Below, piece by piece: positions 1 to 5,940 of a stretch of DNA of 13,459 bases. A program made the position numbers and the translations under genes. Source of the stretch: a virus (lineage: Duplodnaviria; Heunggongvirae; Uroviricota; Caudoviricetes); the IMG/VR virus record IMGVR_UViG_2579778974_000005; one strand, given 5' to 3'. Under the pieces are notes generated by a model. It did not search any database. It was not told where the DNA came from and was given only the letters and a program-made list of their open reading frames with translations. Position 1 is the first letter of the stretch. Every line of letters begins with the position of its first letter.

Positions 1-279
1 ATGGCTGCGCTTGGGCAGTCAATCGGTGGTATATTCCCTTCTGATGAAATAGTCAAAGGCTCTATTAGCGGATATGTCTTCGAGCAATTTGAAATCGCCT
101 GTTACACCTCACTCTTAGCAGCAGCAAAAAATGCCGGTGATACAGCTTCAATTCCAACCATCGAAGCGATTTTAAATGAGGAAAAGCAAATGGCCGACTG
201 GCTGATTCAGCATATTCCGCAAACAACTGAGAAATTTTTAATTCGCTCTGAAACTGATGGCGTAGAAGCGAAGAAATAA
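1..279 (+). CDS. yciE: 3' end (92 codons) of a ferritin-like DUF892 family protein (YciE/YciF-type); the 5' end lies outside the window
   Basis: Open frame running from the window edge to TAA at 277..279. The translation (..FEQFEIACYTSLLAAAKNAGD..ILNEEKQMADWL..) has the C-terminal pattern of DUF892 proteins such as E. coli YciF. Assignment to yciE rather than a paralogue is recollection, not verified. Followed by a hairpin plus T-run. Confidence 0.6.
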   Translation: MAALGQSIGGIFPSDEIVKGSISGYVFEQFEIACYTSLLAAAKNAGDTASIPTIEAILNEEKQMADWLIQHIPQTTEKFLIRSETDGVEAKK

Positions 280-303
280 TACCCTTTATACCATGTCCTT
301 ATT

Positions 304-330
304 GACCCCGTATATTACGGGGTCGTTTTT
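304..330 (+). terminator. Rho-independent terminator of the yciE-like gene
   Basis: Inverted repeat GACCCCG (304..310) / CGGGGTC (318..324) with a 7-nt loop, followed directly by GTTTTT (325..330), 25 nt after the stop codon. Confidence 0.6.
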
Positions 331-767
331 GTGCGGAATTAAAAACGATATCCTGCTGAGAACATAAACACCCACGGATCGAGGCGTACGCTATCGTGTT
401 GCTGTGCACCGCCCAGTTTATAATTGGCGGTGGTATCGATATCCATGTACCACACTGGTAGGTTTCAAAAAACACAATAACCAATTGTATTTGAAGCAAA
501 AAACAAGACTTTGAGATGTTTTGTTGTACCTTTTTTTTATGTTTTTAACTGTCTGATTTTATTGAAATCTTTTTTAGTTTTGCAGAAGGAATTTTTTACT
601 TGATTGTAACTTTTTCGTTTTTTTGGGGCTAATTGACGCGCAATGCTGGGCGGGGAGCGCACAGCCAAAAAAACCGAAATTGACCGCTAATTACTGCCAA
701 TCATCATCGCTCTGATTGAGCGTAAATCATTCAGGTTATTCAGTTCTTCCTTCTGCTCTCGCTGACG

Positions 768-938
768 TCAATAAATCCCATCATTGCGATCAACCTCATC
801 CTTAACCATTGATGCGAGCAGTTCTTCCAGTTTCTGCGCTGACAGCTTTACCTGGTGATCTTCAGCATCTTCCCGGGCTATTGTGGTTCGCGCAGTGGCT
901 GATTTTGCTGACATCACCACAGGGGGCAGACGGACCAT
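768..938 (-). CDS. Hypothetical small protein (56 aa from the internal ATG at 936..938); doubtful
   Basis: Minus-strand ORF 768..1049 in the track. Its first 37 codons lie in the tfa-derived repeat and hairpin, so only the part from the ATG at 936..938 (GGAGG about 10 nt upstream) or 912..914 is plausible. No recognisable family. Confidence 0.2.
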   Translation of the reverse strand: MVRLPPVVMSAKSATARTTIAREDAEDHQVKLSAQKLEELLASMVKDEVDRNDGIY

Positions 939-1002
939 TGAACCATGGCCTCCGGAACAAATAAGGGCAAAAATAACAACCACTATCGAAAGCTCACAAA
1001 CT

Positions 1003-1172
1003 AACCGCAGCACGTTCCTGTATACGACGTGTCTGCGGCATAATCCCAATGATTACTCCCTGACAGGATTTGCAGGCCACTCAATATCAGGTGCAGTTGA
1101 TGTATCAACACGATTCAACAATACCCGATATTTATTCCATGCCTCCAGCAACGATCTTTCTTCCTCCGTTGC
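1003..1172. repeat. Left copy of a ~170-bp diverged direct repeat (tfa 3' end plus downstream hairpin)
   Basis: Aligns by eye with 2053..2221 in the same orientation, with scattered mismatches and a 1-nt length difference; roughly 85-90% identity, not computed. Confidence 0.8.
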
Positions 1173-1322
1173 GATTTCCAGATCTACAGCATCCTGCAGT
1201 GGCGCAATATACTCACTGAATTCCTGGATGTAGAACTGTGTGGTGACGGTCTTCCAGCCATTCGGCTCCTGCTGTATCGAAGCATACCAGGCTATTTCAA
1301 TATCGCTATGCTGCGGCAGCAT
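1053..1322 (-). CDS. tfa: Tail fibre assembly protein-like (Tfa C-terminal domain; short 89-aa form with a different N-terminus)
   Basis: C-terminus ..[51 protein letters not shown] matches the conserved C-terminal segment of lambda-type Tfa as I recall it. ATG at 1320..1322 preceded by AAGGGG. The N-terminal ~35 aa are unrelated to lambda Tfa. Confidence 0.65.
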   Translation of the reverse strand: MLPQHSDIEIAWYASIQQEPNGWKTVTTQFYIQEFSEYIAPLQDAVDLEIATEEERSLLEAWNKYRVLLNRVDTSTAPDIEWPANPVRE

Positions 1323-1349
1323 TTAACCCCTTGTAATTCATCGCCATAA

Positions 1350-1378
1350 TTGATTTAATTCACAAATAAAACTATAAC
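1350..1378 (+). promoter_or_regulatory. Candidate sigma70 promoter upstream of the methyltransferase gene
   Basis: TTGATT (1350..1355), 17-nt spacer, TATAAC (1373..1378), ending immediately before the first ATG at 1379. Pattern match only. Confidence 0.3.
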
Positions 1379-2047
1379 ATGGTGAAATTAATGAAAAAAA
1401 ACACAGATGATGGGGCTAAAATTTACACACCACTTACCCTAAAGCTTTATGACTGGTGGGTTTTGGGAGTATCAAATTGGCTTGCATGGGGATGTCCTAC
1501 AAAGGAACACCTTCTTCCACACTTTCTGGAACATTTAGGTAACAACCATCTGGATATTGGTGTTGGAACTGGGTTTTACCTTACTCACGTACCTGAGAGT
1601 AGTCTGATATCTTTAATGGATTTGAACGAAGCTAGCCTGAACGCGGCATCTACAAGGGCTGGGGAATCAAAAATTAAACATAAAATTAGCCATGATGTTT
1701 TTGAACCTTATCCCGCGGCGTTACATGGTCAATTTGATTCCATTTCCATGTTTTACCTTCTTCACTGCCTGCCTGGAAATATAACTACAAAAAGCTGTGT
1801 AATACGCAATGCGGCGCAGGCCTTAACTGACGATGGAACTCTATACGGAGCCACAATTCTTGGCGATGGAGTTGTGCACAATAGCTTCGGTCAAAAACTG
1901 ATGCGCATTTACAATCAGAAAGGCATCTTTTCAAACACAAAAGATTCCGAAGAAGGCTTAACACATATACTCTCAGAGCATTTCGAGAATGTTAAAACCA
2001 AGGTTCAAGGTACTGTAGTAATGTTTTCCGCTTCAGGGAAAAAATAG
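1379..2047 (+). CDS. Class I SAM-dependent methyltransferase (222 aa; possible alternative start at ATG 1391)
   Basis: Complete ORF with the glycine-rich SAM-binding motif I DIGVGTGFY, preceded by a YDWW segment as in small Rossmann-fold methyltransferases. Visibly more AT-rich than the flanking tail genes. Opposite orientation to the flanking tfa fragments; I recall the same arrangement in E. coli K-12 prophage DLP12 (tfaD-ybcY-tfaX) but did not verify homology. Confidence 0.8.
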   Translation: MVKLMKKNTDDGAKIYTPLTLKLYDWWVLGVSNWLAWGCPTKEHLLPHFLEHLGNNHLDIGVGTGFYLTHVPESSLISLMDLNEASLNAASTRAGESKIKHKISHDVFEPYPAALHGQFDSISMFYLLHCLPGNITTKSCVIRNAAQALTDDGTLYGATILGDGVVHNSFGQKLMRIYNQKGIFSNTKDSEEGLTHILSEHFENVKTKVQGTVVMFSASGKK

Positions 2048-2052
2048 CATCC

Positions 2053-2221
2053 AACCGCAGCACGTTCTTGCTTAAGACGTGCTGCGGCATAATCCCAATG
2101 ATTACTCCCTGACAGAGTTCGTAGGCCACTCAATATCAGGTGCAGTTGATGTATCAACACGGTTCAGCAACACCCGATACTTTTTCCAGGCTTCCAGCAA
2201 CGAGTTTTCTTCCTCCGTTGC
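2053..2221. repeat. Right copy of the ~170-bp diverged direct repeat (tfa 3' end plus downstream hairpin)
   Basis: Partner of 1003..1172. Confidence 0.8.
2055..2087. terminator. Perfect 11-bp stem hairpin at the convergence of the methyltransferase gene and the tfa remnant; possible bidirectional terminator
   Basis: CCGCAGCACGT (2055..2065), 11-nt loop, ACGTGCTGCGG (2077..2087). No strong U-tract on either strand. An imperfect copy sits at 1005..1038. Confidence 0.35.
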
Positions 2222-2230
2222 ATATACAGC
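2102..2230 (-). pseudogene. tfa 3' remnant (last ~42 codons of a tail fibre assembly gene, no ATG)
   Basis: Minus-strand stop-to-stop frame translates to [42 protein letters not shown], bounded upstream by an in-frame TGA at 2231..2233. Absent from the ORF track because it is too short. Confidence 0.5.
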
Positions 2231-2240
2231 TCACCTTTTT

Positions 2241-2534
2241 TCACCCACGATTAACCAACAGCCAGACCAGCAGACACGCCACCACCGGCACAGCAAAATC
2301 CATCAGGCTTGCCACATCCCATGCACGTGTATCAAAACCGCCCCACCACGGCATATTCATTCGCTTGCCATGCCCGAACATTTCGATCCAGCGATATTCT
2401 GCCTGGGTGTGTTCACGCGCAATGAAGAACGTACAACCGGCTATCGCCCCGTAAGCCCAGTTCCCGGTAAAAAGACCAATCAGTAGCTGCGCAGCCACAG
2501 CACAAAGCGCATGAAGGAAAGGTGTTATATCCAT
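2241..2534 (-). CDS. Small membrane protein (97 aa, two predicted hydrophobic helices), function unknown
   Basis: ATG at 2532..2534 with AGGAGG 5 nt upstream, 10 nt after the stop of the preceding gene. Hydrophobic stretches FLHALCAVAAQLLIGLF..AIAGCTFFIA and LMDFAVPVVACLLVWLLV. Confidence 0.6.
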   Translation of the reverse strand: MDITPFLHALCAVAAQLLIGLFTGNWAYGAIAGCTFFIAREHTQAEYRWIEMFGHGKRMNMPWWGGFDTRAWDVASLMDFAVPVVACLLVWLLVNRG

Positions 2535-2544
2535 TACTCCTCCT

Positions 2545-3249
2545 TTATCCGATATCGCTTCGGGAAACGGATAACAACTTTAATTCTGACTCAAGTTCAT
2601 CAACTCTTTCAGTCAGCTTCTGGATATGGTGAATCAGTGGAACAACCAGACGTTCGTACATTACACCTTCGGCAACAAGGCCATTGCTGGAAATAGCTTC
2701 AGGAGCATCATCTTCGTTAGCTGGTCGCCAGTGTACAAACTGAGGGGCAATTTCTCCTACTTCCTCGGCAATCAATCCGTAGAATCCCCAGTCACGCCTG
2801 TCATTTTCGCATTGCGACCTGTACCACACAGGGCGCATCCTGAAAATGAGATCGGCGTGCTCTGAATCTATCGTCTCTACTGAATGTTTATAGCGAATAG
2901 ACGATGTTGACCGCAGTACAGACGAAATTGCAGGGTCAGGATTAAGATAAAGGTTTGCCGCCGCTGTAGTCGTGCCCAATCCCCACATATAAAACGCTTC
3001 ACGGCCAGTCAACGGGTAAAAATCTCCACCATAACGACCGCTTTCCAGATCGTTCACTTCCAGTTTGTTTTTCAGCTTATTATCAACTTCAGTTTTTGTG
3101 TATCTGGTGCTGATATCCTGCTTTGCACTGGTCATATCAGTCTGAAGCGTTGATACTTTTCCGTTAATTGAGGAAATATCTTCCTTAGTTTTACTGACAT
3201 CTCCCTTTAGCGTGGTGATATCTCCTGGAATTACTGTCGATGTAGCCAT
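2545..3249 (-). CDS. Short fibre-like protein: N-terminal coiled-coil plus C-terminal intramolecular chaperone (peptidase S74-type) domain (234 aa)
   Basis: ATG at 3247..3249 with GAGGGAG upstream. C-terminal region SSIRYKHSVETID..LIFRMRPVWY..WGFYGLIAEEVGEIAPQFV..GLVAEGVMYERLVVPLIHHIQKLTERVDELESELK fits the pattern of the tail fibre / endosialidase intramolecular chaperone domain as I recall it. Confidence 0.65.
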   Translation of the reverse strand: MATSTVIPGDITTLKGDVSKTKEDISSINGKVSTLQTDMTSAKQDISTRYTKTEVDNKLKNKLEVNDLESGRYGGDFYPLTGREAFYMWGLGTTTAAANLYLNPDPAISSVLRSTSSIRYKHSVETIDSEHADLIFRMRPVWYRSQCENDRRDWGFYGLIAEEVGEIAPQFVHWRPANEDDAPEAISSNGLVAEGVMYERLVVPLIHHIQKLTERVDELESELKLLSVSRSDIG

Positions 3250-3258
3250 TTGTCTCCC

Positions 3259-3540
3259 TCACATCCAGCCACGAAGTTGATGCTCAACAACAACCGCGTA
3301 TTTATCGAATATTGACGATTTTTTTACATCATTAATGATGCGCACGTTTACAAAATATCCGTCTTCCTTAACACATACCGGTTCGCCATCTTCAGTCAGT
3401 TCTCCGGTTTCTTTGTACACGTTACCTATCACGTCAATAAGAATATCATCCTGCATCGACTCGTCATCATAATAGCCAATACTCTCCATAAAGGCCGAAA
3501 AGTCGGCCCTGTCTGCAAATTTGAGTGTTAAATCTTTCAT
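3259..3540 (-). CDS. Small acidic hypothetical protein (93 aa); possible fibre chaperone or accessory factor
   Basis: ATG at 3538..3540 overlaps the stf stop (ATGA overlap), with a GGGGAGAG SD inside the stf 3' end. No recognisable family. Confidence 0.55.
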   Translation of the reverse strand: MKDLTLKFADRADFSAFMESIGYYDDESMQDDILIDVIGNVYKETGELTEDGEPVCVKEDGYFVNVRIINDVKKSSIFDKYAVVVEHQLRGWM

Positions 3541-5882
3541 TTAATACTCTCCCCCATTTGCGCATCAGTTAATTCTTTATGCCAGATACGCAGATTACGG
3601 ATATGACCAAAAAGATGATACTCCCCATTAGTGCCCTGCCCTCCAATTCGCAATACTGCCCGTGGAACAATTGAAGTCCATGTTGTTTTTGCCGCAACAG
3701 ATAATTCACCATTACATACGGCCTGAACATCTCCATCAGCGCCACAACGGAAGCCTGAAATGATTTTCCTCTGGGTTGTTGCCACATATTTATTACACCC
3801 TCCCATAGAAATAAAAGGAGAACCGGCATCAGAGAAATTATTACCACGGAATCCATGCGTGAACAGACCATTTTCCTGATAATCTTTAACATTAAAGATT
3901 AATGGTGATTTGCTGGGAGGGATATCCCAGTTTTTATTAACTTCAACAAGAGCACTGAATGGTAATCGGTGAATATTGTTTCTTACAGGTATTGTCACCA
4001 TGTCGCTGGAGCGAGTGCCAGGAGCCCCTTCAGTAATGATAAATGACGTCCTGTACGACCCAATCTCCGCCTGAGGCATCGCAATATCTAACGTAGAGCC
4101 ATTGGGGATAATACTGATTCCAGGCATCGCCAGGATTTCAAATCTTGAGCTGATTATCATTTCCGCATCTGCAAAAAGAGTGGCGGTAAACAACCACCAT
4201 TCACCGACTCTTTCTGCCGTCACCGTCACATTATTTCCATGAACAACATTTCCCGTAACAGGATCCAGAACTGCATCTGAATGAAAAACAAACGCACCAT
4301 TATCAGACATTTTTCCGAACCTTGCACGACACCGGGAATTATCACTTTTCGTCAGACACGATATCGTCGTATAAGAACCTGCCGGGCAGGTGTAAGCATC
4401 ATTCGTGTTTACAGCAATTGCCTGATATCCTTGTGCTGTCGGATTTTCATTAATAACAGTTATCCTTCCATAGTTAAACCCCTTATCACTGTCGAACGAC
4501 TCAACAGACACACTACCCGTGTTATTCCATGCTTCTGGTGTATTTGAATTTCTGAAATAGTTTGTTCTCTGTCCTTCAATCAGCAAACCTTCTCGTTCAA
4601 ATCGCGGTTCGTCAACTTCAGCAACGGTTAATACACCTGATTTATTAATGTATGTTGCACCTGATGCGCGTTTGAAGCTAACAACCTTATCGGATGGCAT
4701 TTTAATAACATCATCACCTACGGTTATTTGCTTATAACCAGGCGAAAAGCCAGCAAGCATATCCAGTGAATCGTTAAACGGTATCCACACATCAGGCAGT
4801 GGCTGTAAGACATATTTATACGGCTCTGCTGCCTGGCTTGCATACTCTCTGGCTGCATCCTCACTTGCTTTAGCTGCTGTCTGGCTTGCTGCCGATGCTT
4901 GCGCCGAGTTCGCCGCTGCAGTCTCGCTTGTCTTTGCATTGGTTTCACTGGTTTTTGCAGCTTTTTGACTGTTTGCTGATGCAGTGGCAGAAGCAGCCGC
5001 CGCACTTGCAGAACCAGCTGCAGCACTCTCGCTTTCGGCTGCTGCATCCTGACTGCTTTTCGCCGCAGTTTCGCTGGCTTTGGCATTTGTTTCGCTGGTC
5101 TTCGCTGCCGTCTGGCTGGACTTTGCGTTAGTTTCGCTCGTCTTCGCTGCTTTCTGGCTGTTAGCCGCAGCAGTTGCTGATCCAGCTGCTGCAGTCGCAG
5201 AACCGGCTGCCGCGCTCTCGCTTTCGGCTGCTGCATTCTGGCTATTTTTCGCCGCAGTTTCACTGGCTTTGGCATTCGTTTCGCTGGTTTTCGCTGCCGT
5301 CTGGCTGGACTTTGCGTTGGTTTCGCTCGTCTTTGCGGCTGTCTCGCTGTTTTTCGCGTTGGTTTCTGATTTTTTGGCTGCTGTCGCGGAGTTTGCCGAT
5401 GCAGTCTGCGAGGACGCTGCCGCCTGTGCGCTGTTAGCTGCATTCGTTTCTGAGGTTTTCGCCGCGTTCTTCGATGATGCCGCTGCAGTTTCGGATTTCT
5501 TTGCCGCCGCTGCGCTCTGAGAGGCGGCTTCGGCGTTGCGTGCCGCTTCTTCCACCATTGCCTCAAAACGACGCAATGCCTCCGGCATGACATCATCTTC
5601 CGTCATGGCACCGAGAAAATCATTCAGCGTACCTGGTCTGGAACCTTCATAGACGGTAATGGTTCCGGCATGTGAAGGCGGAAAACCTTCAACCAGCAGG
5701 GTGACGCTGTACTGGCCATGCTCAACATCCATGCTGTAACGCCCGGCTTCATCCGGATTTTCAGAGGCCACCGTGTTCACCAGTACCGTGGTGCTGTTAC
5801 GCTTTGCCTTCAGTTGAATAGTGCAGTTCTGTATTGGTTTTCCCGCACCATCTTTCAGCACACCTGAAATCTGTACTGCCAT
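3537..5882 (-). CDS. stf: Side tail fibre protein (Stf-like; 781 aa from the ATG at 5880..5882)
   Basis: N-terminus MAVQISGVLKDGAGKPIQNCTIQLKA..GRYSMDVE..FPPSHAGTITVYE matches the lambda Stf N-terminal domain from memory. It is followed by a long Ala/Ser/Thr-rich repetitive shaft and a distinct C-terminal region ending in a LamG/concanavalin-like motif (..RIGGQGTNGEYHLFGHIRNLRIWHKELTDAQM). GGAG SD before the ATG; the track's upstream GTG start is less likely. Confidence 0.85.
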   Translation of the reverse strand: MAVQISGVLKDGAGKPIQNCTIQLKAKRNSTTVLVNTVASENPDEAGRYSMDVEHGQYSVTLLVEGFPPSHAGTITVYEGSRPGTLNDFLGAMTEDDVMPEALRRFEAMVEEAARNAEAASQSAAAAKKSETAAASSKNAAKTSETNAANSAQAAASSQTASANSATAAKKSETNAKNSETAAKTSETNAKSSQTAAKTSETNAKASETAAKNSQNAAAESESAAAGSATAAAGSATAAANSQKAAKTSETNAKSSQTAAKTSETNAKASETAAKSSQDAAAESESAAAGSASAAAASATASANSQKAAKTSETNAKTSETAAANSAQASAASQTAAKASEDAAREYASQAAEPYKYVLQPLPDVWIPFNDSLDMLAGFSPGYKQITVGDDVIKMPSDKVVSFKRASGATYINKSGVLTVAEVDEPRFEREGLLIEGQRTNYFRNSNTPEAWNNTGSVSVESFDSDKGFNYGRITVINENPTAQGYQAIAVNTNDAYTCPAGSYTTISCLTKSDNSRCRARFGKMSDNGAFVFHSDAVLDPVTGNVVHGNNVTVTAERVGEWWLFTATLFADAEMIISSRFEILAMPGISIIPNGSTLDIAMPQAEIGSYRTSFIITEGAPGTRSSDMVTIPVRNNIHRLPFSALVEVNKNWDIPPSKSPLIFNVKDYQENGLFTHGFRGNNFSDAGSPFISMGGCNKYVATTQRKIISGFRCGADGDVQAVCNGELSVAAKTTWTSIVPRAVLRIGGQGTNGEYHLFGHIRNLRIWHKELTDAQMGESIK
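4850..5430. repeat. Tandem coding repeats (~189-bp unit, about 2.5-3 copies) in the stf shaft
   Basis: Near-identical blocks starting near 5041 and 5230, with a related copy near 4860-5040. Protein repeat ..KAAKTSETNAKSSQTAAKTSETNAKASETAAK.S..AAAESESAAAGSA.. seen twice. Confidence 0.8.
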
Positions 5883-5893
5883 ATTCACTCCAC

Positions 5894-5921
5894 AAATAAA
5901 AAAGGCGCCATTTCTGGCGCC
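5894..5921 (-). terminator. Rho-independent terminator downstream of J, immediately upstream of the stf ribosome-binding site
   Basis: On the minus strand: GGCGCCA-GAAA-TGGCGCC stem-loop (plus 5904..5921) followed by TTTTTTATTT (plus 5894..5903), about 20 nt after the J stop. Confidence 0.6.
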
Positions 5922-5940
5922 CGTATCTGGGTTATAAAAT

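Noticed and set aside
299-499. 66-aa minus-strand ORF in the junction region
   Set aside because: No ribosome-binding site, overlaps the yciE-like terminator, and has a low-complexity translation; probably non-coding.
330-770. tRNA or tmRNA gene as the integration target
   Set aside because: No cloverleaf-compatible sequence or conserved tRNA T-loop/CCA features could be recognised by eye.
1003-2221. Invertible tail fibre segment (Gin/Pin/Cin-type shufflon)
   Set aside because: The repeats flanking the methyltransferase are direct, not inverted, and no invertase gene is present in the window.
883-2486. Plus-strand ORFs 883..1233 and 2079..2486 with similar N-termini (..[24 protein letters not shown]..)
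   Set aside because: Their similarity is only the antisense reading of the two tfa-derived direct repeats; the conserved Tfa C-terminus is on the minus strand.
4850-5430. CRISPR-like periodicity
   Set aside because: The repeats are long (~189 bp), in-frame and protein-coding, with no short repeat-spacer structure.
4724-5596. 290-aa Arg/Gln-rich minus-strand ORF and 146-aa hydrophobic plus-strand ORF (5080..5520)
   Set aside because: Alternative-frame and antisense readings of the stf Ala/Ser/Thr repeat array; the stf frame is continuous and has the conserved N-terminus.
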